This document shows, in pieces, positions 36,444 through 46,503 of a stretch of DNA of 64,000 nt. A program made the translations under genes and the position numbers. The notes under the pieces are model-generated. The model saw nothing but the letters and a program-made list of their open reading frames with translations. It had not been told where the DNA came from and did not search any database. Numbering within the stretch: position 1 is the stretch's first letter; each line of letters starts with the position of its first letter. The stretch lies in contig CAVRBU010000002.1 of the NCBI GenBank assembly GCA_963719315.1, forward strand, positions 1,024,001 to 1,088,000, written 5' to 3'. This DNA is from an uncultured Planctomycetota bacterium. GTDB taxonomy: Bacteria > Planctomycetota > Planctomycetia > Pirellulales > Lacipirellulaceae.

Positions 36444-36734
36444 GCTGCTGGTTCTGTTGGACTCTGGCCCTGGCCGTCGGCGTAAGCTATTGTATGGTAG
36501 CTATTTAGACGCGACGCCTGGTCCAGGTTGTGGCGGGTAGCGGAATCGAGCATCGGTAGGCCCCTGCCAATTTGACTTCAGGCCCGTCGGATTCGCGAGC
36601 CGGCATCGGCGGCCGGCTGTCATAGTGGCAGCGGCGCAGAGGGAGGCTTTTCGGTGGCGTTAGAGTATTATACCGCCGGATTCAGTCGAGAAGTCTGGTG
36701 GCGCTCACTCATTGCGTGGCGGGAATGTACAACC

Positions 36735-36929
36735 ATGGAGATTAACCCACTCCAATTCGCCGGGGCGCTTATAGCTGCGTGCATCGTGTTAGTTATCGCA
36801 AAGGTCAAAGGTGATCGGCAGTTCCCAAAGTTCCTGCCGTTTAAGGTGCGTTTCAGCCTGAGTTCGTTGCTCATCTTCATTGCGATCATGGCCGGCATTT
36901 TAACTCTGGTGGGCCACGCCCTGAAGTAA
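36735..36929 (+). CDS. Small membrane protein
   Basis: Two hydrophobic segments; RFSLSSLLI motif common in planctomycetes. Confidence 0.55.
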   Translation: MEINPLQFAGALIAACIVLVIAKVKGDRQFPKFLPFKVRFSLSSLLIFIAIMAGILTLVGHALK

Positions 36930-37001
36930 TGAACTCGCCGACATGCTGCAACGGTCGTTTGCGAGTGTACGTCGGCCACGCTAGTTGGTAATAGAAATGT
37001 C

Positions 37002-38156
37002 ATGTCTAAACGCAAGCAATCCAAACCGACGAAAACCGCAGGCATAAGCTCCGCAGCGCCGCCGTCGGGTGACAGCGCGCCGAATCGCTCGCTGGCAGAA
37101 CTGCGTCGCGAGCTGAATGCGATCGATCAGGATATCCTGGATGCCATCAACCGCCGCGGTGCTGTCGCCCAGCGAATTGGCAAAGCGAAGCAAACGGACA
37201 AGTCACCGATCTACGACGCCGCGCGAGAGTCGGCAGTGCTCGAGCAGGCCGTCGCCAACAATGCCGGGCCACTAACACCGGATACGGTGCGGGCCGTGTT
37301 TCGAGAACTGGTCAGCGGCACGCGGGCGCTGCAAACGCCGATTCGCGTGGCGTATCTCGGTCCCGAGTTCACGTTTAGCCACTTGGCCACGATCGAGCAG
37401 TTCGGCCAATCGGCCGAGTTGGTACCGGTCGGCACGATTGCCGCCGTGTTCGAAGAAGTCGAGCGCGGGCAGGTTCGATTCGGCGTGGTGCCGATGGAAA
37501 ACACCACCGATGGTCGTGTCTCCGATACGCTCGATTGCTTCTCGCGCTCTCCGGTCCGGATCTGCGGCGAACTTCAGCTTCGGATTCATCACTGCCTGCT
37601 CGGCATCGGTTCGCGCGACGATATCCGCACAGTTTACAGCAAACCGCAACCGCTATCGCAGTGCCGCAACTGGCTGGCAAAGCACCTGCCGCAGGCGACG
37701 CTGACCGAAGTTGGCAGTACCGCGGCAGCTGCCAAAGCCGCGAAAGGCCAACCGAACTTTGCGGCGATCGCCAGCCGGCAGGCTGGAATTCATTATGAAT
37801 TGCCGAACATCGTCGCCAATATCGAGGATAATACCGACAATATCACGCGATTCGCGATCATCAGCAGTGAAACCGGCCAGAAATCTGGCCGCGACAAGAC
37901 CGCACTCATGTTTGAAATCGCCCATGAACCCGGCGCGCTAGCCGACGCCATGGCCATCTTTAAGCGCAACCGGCTCAACATGACGTGGATCGAATCGTTT
38001 CCGATCCCAGGCCACCGCGGGCGATATTTGTTCTTCGTCGAGTTCGTGGGCCACGATGGCGATCCGGGAGCGCAAAAGGCGATCGCCACACTAACCAAGC
38101 GGTCGCTCCGCCTCGAAGTACTCGGCTCCTATGCACAGGCCGAGCCGGTCGGTTAG
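37002..38156 (+). CDS. pheA: Chorismate mutase/prephenate dehydratase
   Basis: CM domain, VAYLGP..TFS, VVPMENT, NITRF, ACT domain with IESFP. Confidence 0.95.
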   Translation: MSKRKQSKPTKTAGISSAAPPSGDSAPNRSLAELRRELNAIDQDILDAINRRGAVAQRIGKAKQTDKSPIYDAARESAVLEQAVANNAGPLTPDTVRAVFRELVSGTRALQTPIRVAYLGPEFTFSHLATIEQFGQSAELVPVGTIAAVFEEVERGQVRFGVVPMENTTDGRVSDTLDCFSRSPVRICGELQLRIHHCLLGIGSRDDIRTVYSKPQPLSQCRNWLAKHLPQATLTEVGSTAAAAKAAKGQPNFAAIASRQAGIHYELPNIVANIEDNTDNITRFAIISSETGQKSGRDKTALMFEIAHEPGALADAMAIFKRNRLNMTWIESFPIPGHRGRYLFFVEFVGHDGDPGAQKAIATLTKRSLRLEVLGSYAQAEPVG

Positions 38157-38163
38157 ATTGGTC

Positions 38164-38271
38164 GAGAGCCGAGAGTCAAGAGTTGAGAGCCAGAGGCTTT
38201 CGCTATTGTCCTCTATGCTCAATGTTGTGACATTTTCTGGCTCTTGACCCTCGACTCTTAGCACTTGACTC
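38164..38271. repeat. Heptamer (GAGAGTC)n array plus inverted array
   Basis: GAGAGCC GAGAGTC AAGAGTT GAGAGCC ... GGCTCTT GACCCTC GACTCTT. Confidence 0.75.
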
Positions 38272-38274
38272 CCC

Positions 38275-39033
38275 ATGCTTCGCAAACTAATCGCCGGCAA
38301 CTGGAAAATGAACACCGACCGCGCCTCCGCGATCTCCCTCGCGAAGACCGTCGTCGGTGGGGCGGACAATATCAAGGCCGTGGACCTGCTCGTTTGTCCG
38401 CCTTCGATTTATCTGACGGCGGTAGGCGAAGTGGTCGCCGGAACTTCGGTCGCGCTCGGCGCTCAGAATATGTACCATGAGGCGAACGGGGCATTCACGG
38501 GCGAGTTGAGCGCGGCGATGTTGCGGGATGTGGGCTGCACGGACGTGATTCTGGGCCACAGCGAACGGCGGCACATCTTGGGCGAAACGGACGCCGCCGT
38601 GAACAAGAAGACGCTGGCCGCTTTGGTCGCTGGGTTGGCGCCGATCGTGTGCGTCGGAGAACTGCTGTCGGAACGTGAAGCCAATCAAACGTCTGCCGTC
38701 ATTCGCCGCCAGTTCGAGGGCTCGCTTGCGGGCGTTTCAGCCGATCAAATCGAGCAAGTCGTGATTGCTTATGAGCCAGTTTGGGCGATTGGCACGGGAA
38801 AAGTCGCTACGCCGGAGCAGGCCGAGGAAGTACATGCTGACCTTCGCAGGCTGCTGGTCGAGCGATACAATGATCGATCCGCCACAAAGGTGCGAATCCT
38901 GTACGGCGGAAGCGTAAAGGCCAGCAACGCAGCCGAGTTGCTCGCCCAGCCGAACATCGACGGCGCGCTGGTCGGCGGCGCAAGCCTGAAGGCCGATGAG
39001 TTCCTCGGCATCGCCGCCGGGGCGGTCGGGTGA
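38275..39033 (+). CDS. tpiA: Triosephosphate isomerase
   Basis: AGNWKMN, GHSERR, AYEPVWAIGTG, LYGGSV, LVGGASL. Confidence 0.98.
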   Translation: MLRKLIAGNWKMNTDRASAISLAKTVVGGADNIKAVDLLVCPPSIYLTAVGEVVAGTSVALGAQNMYHEANGAFTGELSAAMLRDVGCTDVILGHSERRHILGETDAAVNKKTLAALVAGLAPIVCVGELLSEREANQTSAVIRRQFEGSLAGVSADQIEQVVIAYEPVWAIGTGKVATPEQAEEVHADLRRLLVERYNDRSATKVRILYGGSVKASNAAELLAQPNIDGALVGGASLKADEFLGIAAGAVG

Positions 39034-39074
39034 GTGATTGTTCTAAAGTGAGAAAAATGGAAGGCGTGTCATTG

Positions 39075-39169
39075 GACAAAGACAAGGAGACCGGGAGACA
39101 AGGAGACAAGGAGACGCGATGAATCAAGCGATCTCCTCGTCTTCCCCTCTACTTGTCTCCTTGTCTGTC
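39075..39169. repeat. Octamer (GACAAGGA)n array plus inverted array
   Basis: GACAAGGA GACCGGGA GACAAGGA GACAAGGA ... CTTGTCTCCTTGTC. A related element lies at 42307-42360. Confidence 0.8.
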
Positions 39170-39209
39170 GCTCATGAGCGGCCAATCGAACACGACGAGG
39201 TGAATCGTC

Positions 39210-39719
39210 ATGGGTGCTGTTTTTGCCATCGTGTTGTCGCTGTTGGCGATTTTTTTGATTCTGCTCGTGCTCGTACAACGGGGCCGCGGCGGCGGGTTGG
39301 CAGGCGCGCTGGGCGGCATGGGCGGGTCGAGCGCGTTCGGCGCGAAGGCCGGCGACGTGTTTACTCGGATCACGATCATCACCGCCGCGATTTGGATCGC
39401 GTTTTGTTTGCTGGCCTTGTATTGGGCCAAGCATCGGGGCGACGTGCTCGGCGCGGCTCCAGTAGCAAACTCATCGTCCGGCGAGGGTTCCGGTATGCTG
39501 CCGACATCGAAGGCCACCCCGCCGGGCGGACCTGCGGCACCCGGCGAAACGAAGAGCGAACCGACGAGCGGTCCGATTTTGCCCGCGAATCCGCCCGCTG
39601 CCGCGACGACTTCGCCCCCGGCTGCATCACTGCCCGCTGCGGCTCCGGAAACGCCGGTCAATCCCCCAGCCGCCCCGGCGAACGACGCCACGAATAAAGA
39701 AACGTCTCCCGGAAAATAA
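39210..39719 (+). CDS. secG: Preprotein translocase SecG with Pro/Ala-rich tail
   Basis: [25 protein letters not shown]...FTRIT; follows tpiA. Confidence 0.93.
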   Translation: MGAVFAIVLSLLAIFLILLVLVQRGRGGGLAGALGGMGGSSAFGAKAGDVFTRITIITAAIWIAFCLLALYWAKHRGDVLGAAPVANSSSGEGSGMLPTSKATPPGGPAAPGETKSEPTSGPILPANPPAAATTSPPAASLPAAAPETPVNPPAAPANDATNKETSPGK

Positions 39720-39756
39720 TCGGCCAGCCACCTAGCATTTAGCGGAGTGACGAGCC

Positions 39757-40641
39757 TTGCTCATCAGCATGACCGGCTTTGGCGAGGCCCGCAGCCAGGC
39801 AGGCGGATTGGCCGTCGCCGTCGAAGCCCGCACCATTAACAGCCGGCACTTCAAACTCTCGTACCGCGCGAGCGAAGGTTATGGCGCGCTCGAGTCGGAA
39901 ATTGAAACCATCGTGCGCAATGCAATTCGCCGCGGCACGGTTCAATTGAATTTGCGCGTGGATCGCCGGGCTTCGGTCGATGATTATCGCATCAATACCG
40001 AAGTCCTCGAAAACTATCGCCGGCAGCTTACCCAGCAGACGGGCAGGGGCGAGTGGAACTCTCCGGATGACCTGCGGCTGCTCTTGTCGCTGCCGGGCGC
40101 CGTCGATGAAAAATCGCGGGGCGACTACGATCCCCGCGAAGACTGGCCCGCAATTGAGCCGGTCATTCGCGAGGCTTTGGCGGCACTCGCCAAGATGCGG
40201 ACCGAAGAAGGCGTCGCGCTCGCCGCCGATCTGGCCCACAATGGTCGGCAGATCGCCGATTTGCTGGATGCGGTTGCCCGCCGTTCACCTGAGGTCACGC
40301 AGGCCTATCAATCGCGCTTGACCGGTCGCGTGCAGCAGGCGCTTTCGGAATTGAACGTGACGGTCGAGCCGGCCGATTTGCTTCGCGAGATCGCACTGTT
40401 CGCCGACCGCAGCGATATTTCGGAAGAAATCGTGCGACTCCGCAGCCACCTTCAACAGTACGAAGCCGCCCTGTTGATGGCGGAAAGCTCCGGCCGAAAG
40501 CTCGAATTCATTGCGCAAGAAATGGGCCGCGAAATCAATACGATCGGCTCGAAAGCGAACGATGCGGAAATCTCGCGGCTGGTGGTGGAGATCAAGACGG
40601 CGCTGGAGCGGATCAGAGAGCAGATTCAGAATGTGGAGTGA
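39757..40641 (+). CDS. yicC: YicC/YloC-family endoribonuclease
   Basis: SMTGFG, DISEEIVRL.SH, GRKLEFIAQEMGREINTIGSKA, REQIQNVE. Confidence 0.95.
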   Translation: MLISMTGFGEARSQAGGLAVAVEARTINSRHFKLSYRASEGYGALESEIETIVRNAIRRGTVQLNLRVDRRASVDDYRINTEVLENYRRQLTQQTGRGEWNSPDDLRLLLSLPGAVDEKSRGDYDPREDWPAIEPVIREALAALAKMRTEEGVALAADLAHNGRQIADLLDAVARRSPEVTQAYQSRLTGRVQQALSELNVTVEPADLLREIALFADRSDISEEIVRLRSHLQQYEAALLMAESSGRKLEFIAQEMGREINTIGSKANDAEISRLVVEIKTALERIREQIQNVE

Positions 40642-40653
40642 TTGCGGGGGCGA

Positions 40654-40735
40654 AAAATGAAAAATGCAAATTGTAAATTGAAAAATGAATATTGCCGATC
40701 CTCAATTTGCGTTTTGCATTTTGCATTTTGCAATT
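40654..40735. repeat. Heptamer (AAATTGN)n array plus inverted array
   Basis: AAAATGA AAAATGC AAATTGT AAATTGA ... TTTTGCA TTTTGCA TTTTGCA. Confidence 0.8.
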
Positions 40736-40742
40736 GGCAATA

Positions 40743-41327
40743 ATGACCGCGACCGCAGCCAACCTGATCATCCTCTCCGGCCCTTCGGGTGTCGGCAAAT
40801 CCACGGTTTTGCGCAGCCTGCTGGCCCGCCATCCCGATCGGTTGCGGCTGAGCGTATCCGCCACGACGCGGGAGCCGCGCCTCGGCGAAACGGAAGGCGT
40901 CGATTATTTTTTCTTGAGTCCGGAGGAATTCGCCCGCCGTCTCCAGGCCGGCGAATTCCTCGAATGTTGTGAGGTGTTTGGCCGCGGCCATTGGTATGGC
41001 ACGCTCCTGAGCGAAGTCAGCCCTAGCCCCGGCGACCAAAAGTGGGTAATTTTAGATATCGATGTGGACGGCGCCGAAAAGGTACGCGGCCGCTTTCCGG
41101 ACGCGCCGACCATTTTTTTGCGGCCCGGTTCTGAAGCCGAACTGGAACGCCGCCTGCGAGCGCGGGGTACCGAGTCGGAAGAGTCCATCGAGCGCCGCCT
41201 GGAAGTGGCCCGGCGGGAGATGGCCCGCGCAGACCAGTATGAGTTTCAAGTCGTCAACGACACCGTCGACCGGGCGGTGGAACAAATTGGCGAAATACTT
41301 ACGAAGTTGGGAATCGTGAATTCGTAG
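40743..41327 (+). CDS. gmk: Guanylate kinase
   Basis: LSGPSGVGKST, SVSATTR.PR.GE..GVDYFF, YGT, VVND. Confidence 0.96.
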   Translation: MTATAANLIILSGPSGVGKSTVLRSLLARHPDRLRLSVSATTREPRLGETEGVDYFFLSPEEFARRLQAGEFLECCEVFGRGHWYGTLLSEVSPSPGDQKWVILDIDVDGAEKVRGRFPDAPTIFLRPGSEAELERRLRARGTESEESIERRLEVARREMARADQYEFQVVNDTVDRAVEQIGEILTKLGIVNS

Positions 41328-41382
41328 GTCAGGCTTCAGCCTGACATCAAGAGTTAAGTCGTCAGGCTAAAGCCTGACCTAC
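41324..41382. repeat. Inverted REP doublet (REPIN-like)
   Basis: GTAGGTCAGGCTTCAGCCTGAC + 15 nt + GTCAGGCTAAAGCCTGACCTAC. A degenerate single copy lies at 45208-45229. Confidence 0.85.
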
Positions 41383-41395
41383 AAGGAATCGAGAT

Positions 41396-41662
41396 ATGAT
41401 CGAGGCGCTCAAAGAAGAAGAAATCGTCAACAAGGTCGGCGGCCGGTTCAAGCTTTCGACGCTGATCCAGAAGCGGTTGGTGGCCCTGAACGCGGGAGCC
41501 CGCCCGCTGGTCGATGCCGGCAGTGAGGACAAGCTCGAAATCATTGTCCAGGAAATCCTGCAGGACAAAATCTATCTTGATATGTCGAACGAATTGAAGA
41601 CGGTCGGCGACATCGGTCCGATGTCGGCCGGCCCGCCGGAGTTCGACTTCAGTTCGCTGTAA
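41396..41662 (+). CDS. rpoZ: RNA polymerase omega subunit
   Basis: [15 protein letters not shown]...GARPLV...IVQEI; gmk-rpoZ-coaBC synteny. Confidence 0.9.
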   Translation: MIEALKEEEIVNKVGGRFKLSTLIQKRLVALNAGARPLVDAGSEDKLEIIVQEILQDKIYLDMSNELKTVGDIGPMSAGPPEFDFSSL

Positions 41663-41747
41663 TAGCAGGGGGCGTAGGGCACGGAACAGGGAGTCAGAGT
41701 CAGTTCTTGATCCTTCCTGCCCCCCGCTCCCGGCTCCCCGCTTTTCT

Positions 41748-42290
41748 ATGGCACACGAACTCATCATCGGCGTCTCCGGCGGCATCGCGGCCTACAAGAC
41801 GGCAGCGCTGGTCAGCTCGCTCGTGCAGCAAGGGCACGGAGTTTCGGTCGTGATGACGCGCTCGGCCCGGCACTTCATCGGACCGGCCACGTTTCGGGCT
41901 CTCACCGGTCGGCCGGTCGCGTGTGGCGGATTCGATCATCATTTTCCGCTCGGCGCTCACATCGAATTGGCCGATCGCGCCGAATTATTGTGCATCGCCC
42001 CCGCGTCGGCCGACCTGCTCGCCAAAGCCGCCTGCGGAATAGCGGACGACCTTTTGAGCACGTTGCTGCTTTCGTTCACCGGTCCGACCGCTTTCGCTCC
42101 GGCCATGAACAGCGCGATGTGGGAAAAGCCGGCCGTGAAGCGGAACATCAAAACGCTGCGGTCCGATGGCCACCATATCATCGATCCGCAAGCAGGCTGG
42201 CAAAGCTGCCGCCGCACCGGCATGGGCCGCATGGCGGAACCAGCAGAGATTCAGGCGGCGATTGAACGCCTACTCGCGGCAAACAAGTAG
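41748..42290 (+). CDS. coaC: Phosphopantothenoylcysteine decarboxylase (stand-alone flavoprotein)
   Basis: GVSGGIAAYK, IAPASAD..AK.A.GIADD, APAMNSAMW, G.GRMAEP. Confidence 0.92.
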   Translation: MAHELIIGVSGGIAAYKTAALVSSLVQQGHGVSVVMTRSARHFIGPATFRALTGRPVACGGFDHHFPLGAHIELADRAELLCIAPASADLLAKAACGIADDLLSTLLLSFTGPTAFAPAMNSAMWEKPAVKRNIKTLRSDGHHIIDPQAGWQSCRRTGMGRMAEPAEIQAAIERLLAANK

Positions 42291-42369
42291 TGTCAACATG
42301 ATTTTTGACAAGGAGAACCATTAGGGCGACTATCTCCTTGTCTCCCCCTCTCCTTGTCTGCCTTTTCGC

Positions 42370-43002
42370 ATGGCCCGAATCCTAATCACCTCCGGCCCGA
42401 CGCGCCAATTCATCGACCCCGTGCGGTATCTAACGAACGCCTCCAGCGGTCGCATGGGGTGTGCGTTGGCCGAGGCGGCGCTCGCGCTGGGACACGAAGT
42501 CGTGATTGTGAGCGGCCCTGTTGAGGTTGAATATCCGGCGGCTGCTCGCGTCGTGCCGGTTGTCTCGACCGAAGAGATGTTGACTGCGTCGGCCAAGGAA
42601 TTTGAGTCGTGCGACGGCCTGATCGGCGCCGCGGCCCCGTGCGATTATCGGCCGGTCCGCGTCGAGTCGCACAAGATCACAAAAACCGGTCTGCCGATCG
42701 ACCTACATCTCACCGAAACCGATGACGTGGTCGCTACGCTCGGCGCGAAAAAAGGCCAACGCTGGGTTGTAGGCTTTGCGCTTGAGACGGAAGACCACCG
42801 TCTCCGCGCGCTGGCAAAGCTGGAAAAGAAATTCTGTGACCTGATCGTGACCAATGGCCCGCAGGCGATCAGCTCTAGTGACAACGAAGTCGAAGTCATC
42901 ACGCCATCCGGCGAAATAATTGCAGCGATCGCGGGAGTGAAGGAAGAAGTCGCCGCACGAATCCTGGCGATTATCAGCGAGAGGCTGATTCGAGCGCGAT
43001 AG
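42370..43002 (+). CDS. coaB: Phosphopantothenate-cysteine ligase (stand-alone)
   Basis: ILITSGPT...DPVRYLTN.SSGRMG, AAAPCDY, VGFALET. Confidence 0.92.
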   Translation: MARILITSGPTRQFIDPVRYLTNASSGRMGCALAEAALALGHEVVIVSGPVEVEYPAAARVVPVVSTEEMLTASAKEFESCDGLIGAAAPCDYRPVRVESHKITKTGLPIDLHLTETDDVVATLGAKKGQRWVVGFALETEDHRLRALAKLEKKFCDLIVTNGPQAISSSDNEVEVITPSGEIIAAIAGVKEEVAARILAIISERLIRAR

Positions 43003-43064
43003 AGTGGGAGGGCTTGGCCGCCATCCCCTGTTTCCGGCATGCGGCTTATTGTATCTTCTAGCGC

Positions 43065-43805
43065 ATGGCTACGTTCGCTGTCATCCTTCCTGCTGCTGGG
43101 CAAAGCCGTCGCTTTCACGACAAGGCTTATAAGAAGCCGTTTGCGCCGCTTGGTGGCCGGGCGGTGTGGCTGCACTCGGCCGAGCGGTTCATGAATCGGC
43201 CCGATGTGAAGCAGGTGATTGTGTGCGTGGCGGCCGAGGATCGCGAATTGTTCGATATGAAGTTCGGGGCCAATGTCGCCATTCTGGGCGTGCAGGTGAT
43301 CGAAGGCGGCGAACAACGCACAGATACGGTGCAGCGGGCGCTAGAGCGCGTGAAGGACGAAATTGATTTCGTGGCCGTGCACGATGCGGCTCGGCCGTGT
43401 ATTGTCGACCCGTGGATTGATGCTGTCTTCGCGGCGGCCGAGCGCGATGATGCGGCGATTCTTGCTGCCCCGGTCCAGGCGACGCTAAAGCGCGCGGATC
43501 AGAAAAAGCAAATCACGGCGACGGTCGATCGCGAGTCGCTGTGGGAAGCCCAGACGCCGCAGGTGTTTCGTCGCGCGCTGCTCATCGAAGCATATGCCAA
43601 ACGCGGCCGCGAGCCGGTGACCGACGATGCGCAGCTCGTCGAGCGATTGGGCCGGCCGGTGACGATCGTCCCCTGCTCACCGCTCAACATCAAGATCACG
43701 TCGCGCGACGATTTGAAACTGGCCGAGCAAGTCTTAAAGGTGCTGCCCAAACCGAAGCTCGAAGGGTTCCAGCACCCGTTTGGCGACGACAACCTGTGGC
43801 GGTGA
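43065..43805 (+). CDS. ispD: 2-C-methyl-D-erythritol 4-phosphate cytidylyltransferase
   Basis: PAAGQSRRF, VHDAARP, AQTPQVF, TDDA, NIKIT. Confidence 0.95.
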   Translation: MATFAVILPAAGQSRRFHDKAYKKPFAPLGGRAVWLHSAERFMNRPDVKQVIVCVAAEDRELFDMKFGANVAILGVQVIEGGEQRTDTVQRALERVKDEIDFVAVHDAARPCIVDPWIDAVFAAAERDDAAILAAPVQATLKRADQKKQITATVDRESLWEAQTPQVFRRALLIEAYAKRGREPVTDDAQLVERLGRPVTIVPCSPLNIKITSRDDLKLAEQVLKVLPKPKLEGFQHPFGDDNLWR

Positions 43806-43809
43806 GTCG

Positions 43810-43897
43810 ATTTCGGATTTCGGATTTCGATTTCGGATTTCGCATTTATGATGACAGTCGCTATTCAATCCGCAATCCGCAATCCGCAATCCGCAAT
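43810..43897. repeat. Heptamer (GATTTCG)n array plus inverted (AATCCGC)n array
   Basis: GATTTCG GATTTCG GATTTCG ... AATCCGC x4, ending at the tyrS ATG. Confidence 0.85.
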
Positions 43898-45175
43898 GCT
43901 TTTAGACGATCTTCGCTGGCGTGGCCTCGTTCATCAAACGACCGATGATGCAAATCTTTCCACTTGGCTGCAAAAGCAGCCGCGCACGGTTTACGCGGGC
44001 TTTGACCCGACGGCCGAGAGTTTGCACGTCGGCCACTTGCTGCCGCTGTTGTTGCTGAGACGTTTTCAGCGGGCGGGACACAGACCGATCGCGGTGGTCG
44101 GCGGCGCGACGGGCATGATCGGCGACCCCAGCGGAAAGAGCCAGGAGCGTAACTTACTTTCCAAAGCGGACCTCGATCGCAATGTCGCCTCTTTGCGCGA
44201 GCAGATGAGGCAGTTTCTGGATTTCGACGCGGTGTCGAACGCCGCCGAGCTCGTGAACAATTTTGATTGGGTCGGGCCGTTCAGCTACCTCGAGTTTTTG
44301 CGCGATGTCGGTAAGAACTTTCCCGTGAACGTGATGCTCGCCAAGGATTCCGTGAAGACCCGATTGGGCCGAGATGATGCCGGGCTGAGTTACACCGAAT
44401 TCAGCTACATGCTGCTACAGGCCTACGACTTCGTGTATCTGTACGACAAATATAATTGCGAGTTACAAGTCGGCGGCAGCGATCAATGGGGCAACATCAC
44501 GGCCGGCATTGACCTCGGGCGGCGGATGCGGGCCGCGCAACTTCACGGTCTGACGTGCCCGTTGCTCACGAAGTCCGACGGCGCGAAAATGGGCAAGACC
44601 GAATCGGGTACGCTTTGGCTCTCGGCCAAGCGGACCAGCCCGTACCAGTTCTATCAATATTGGATACGTGTCGAAGATGCCGACGTTGGCAATTGTTTGC
44701 GAATGTTGACTGAGTTGCGCGCGAGGAAATCGAATCGCTCGACGCTTCACGCGAGGCCGATGCCGCCAAGCGCGACAGCCAACGACGACTCGCCGAGTCG
44801 CTTACCATGCTCGTCCACGGCGACGATGGATTGGCCGCGGCCCAACGCGCCACGGAGATTTTCTACGGCGCCGAAATCTCCAATCTGAGCGATGCCCAGC
44901 TTGCGGAAATTTTCGCCGACGTGCCCAGCCGGCAACTCAGCCGAAGCCTGCTCTCCGCCGAAGGCGGCTTCCCGATCGTAGACGCCCTTGTTGCCTCCGG
45001 CCTGTCGAAAAGCAAGGGCGATGCCCGCCGTACCACGCAACAGGGCGGGGCGTACATCAACAATCGCCGGATCGACAGTGTGGACGCGCGACTTACGGCA
45101 GCCGACCTGGCCAGCGAAACCGTCATGGTCCTGCGGAGCGGCAAGAAGAATTACGCTTTGCTGCGGTTCACTTAG
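43896..45175 (+). CDS. tyrS: Tyrosyl-tRNA synthetase (frameshift ~44720, probable sequencing error)
   Basis: [28 protein letters not shown]4 domain SKGDARR...GKK in the second frame. Confidence 0.95.
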
Positions 45176-45422
45176 GTCGGCGCTTGAGGCTGTCTCGGAC
45201 GTAGGGTGTCAGGCTAAAGTCTGACCAACGGCAACTTGCGGGTCGGCCGGAACCCATTTATAGTGAGCGGTTTAGACGATGGCGATGACTTTGTGTAGGT
45301 GGCTCGCTTCGCGAGCAGCAATTCCGCTCGCGGTGCGATCGGACTACACGGCGCGAACCGGCAGGTGGCCGCTAGCGTAGCGTATCTGGGGCAGTCGACC
45401 TTGGCGGCGAGTGAGGTATTGC

Positions 45423-46346
45423 ATGGCGGGTGAGACAGTCATCGAAACGCGAGCACTTTCGAAAACGTATCGCGATTTCTGGGGCCGGCCGAAGGTGCGA
45501 GCCCTCAAGGCGCTCGATTTGGAGATCAAGCAGGGTGAAATCTTCGGCCTGCTCGGTCCGAACGGCTCCGGCAAGACTACCACGATCAAGCTTTTGCTGG
45601 GCCTCTTGTTTCCAACCGAGGGACAAGCGCTTGTCTTTGGCAAAGACGCAACCGACGTCAGCAAGAACCAGCGACTCGGTTATCTGCCGGAAGAGTCGTA
45701 CCTCTATAAGTTCCTCAATGCTGAGGAGACGCTCGACTTCTACGGCCGACTGTTTTGTATCCCGCACGACGTGCTCCAAAAGCGCGTAGATGATCTCATC
45801 CAAACCGTGGGCCTCCAGAAGGCCCGCAAACGTCAATTGAAAGAATACTCGAAAGGTATGACGCGTCGCATCGGCCTGGCCCAGGCGCTCATTAACGAGC
45901 CGGAACTGATTCTGCTCGACGAGCCGACGAGCGGCCTCGACCCGATCGGCACCCGCGAAATGAAGGATATGATCCTCCGCCTCCGCGATCAGGGCAAAAC
46001 AGTCGTCATGTGTAGCCACCTGCTCGCCGACGTGCAGGACGTTTGTGATCGGATCGCGATCCTGCACCAGGGCGAGTTGAAGGAACTGGGTCGCGTCGAC
46101 ACTCTTTTGACGCTTGCCGATATCACGCAGATTCGCGCCAAGCGACTGCCCGACGATTGCGTTAATGAGATCCGGCAGGTGATCGAACGGCACCACGGTG
46201 AATTGCTCAACGTCGAGCATCCGACCACCACGCTGGAAGAGCTTTTCCTCACGATTGTGCGCGACAGTGAAGCTCGACCAGGCCGCGCGCGGTGCAGGAC
46301 GAACCCGTTGGAGTTCATTCCTCGTCCAACTGAGACATTTTTTTGA
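45423..46346 (+). CDS. ABC transporter ATP-binding protein
   Basis: [23 protein letters not shown]. Confidence 0.95.
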   Translation: MAGETVIETRALSKTYRDFWGRPKVRALKALDLEIKQGEIFGLLGPNGSGKTTTIKLLLGLLFPTEGQALVFGKDATDVSKNQRLGYLPEESYLYKFLNAEETLDFYGRLFCIPHDVLQKRVDDLIQTVGLQKARKRQLKEYSKGMTRRIGLAQALINEPELILLDEPTSGLDPIGTREMKDMILRLRDQGKTVVMCSHLLADVQDVCDRIAILHQGELKELGRVDTLLTLADITQIRAKRLPDDCVNEIRQVIERHHGELLNVEHPTTTLEELFLTIVRDSEARPGRARCRTNPLEFIPRPTETFF

Positions 46347-46350
46347 TAGC

Positions 46351-46413
46351 CACGAAGGCACAAAGGGCGCTAAATGTGAATTGTATTCTTTGTGTCCTTT
46401 GTGTCTTGGTGGT
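46351..46413. repeat. Nonamer (CACAAAGGN)n array plus inverted array
   Basis: CACGAAGG CACAAAGGG CGCTAAA ... CTTTGTGTC CTTTGTGTC TTGGTG. Confidence 0.6.
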
Positions 46414-46503
46414 CTTTAGATTCAGGTATCTATTGTGATTTGCGCAATCATTCTGAACGCGCTCATTTAGCGTTTCTTCGTTTTATCCTCCCATAGTCGA
46501 TCG

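Noticed and set aside
36264..36700. CIRCE/HrcA operator upstream of dnaK
   Set aside because: No TTAGCACTC-N9-GAGTGCTAA match seen.
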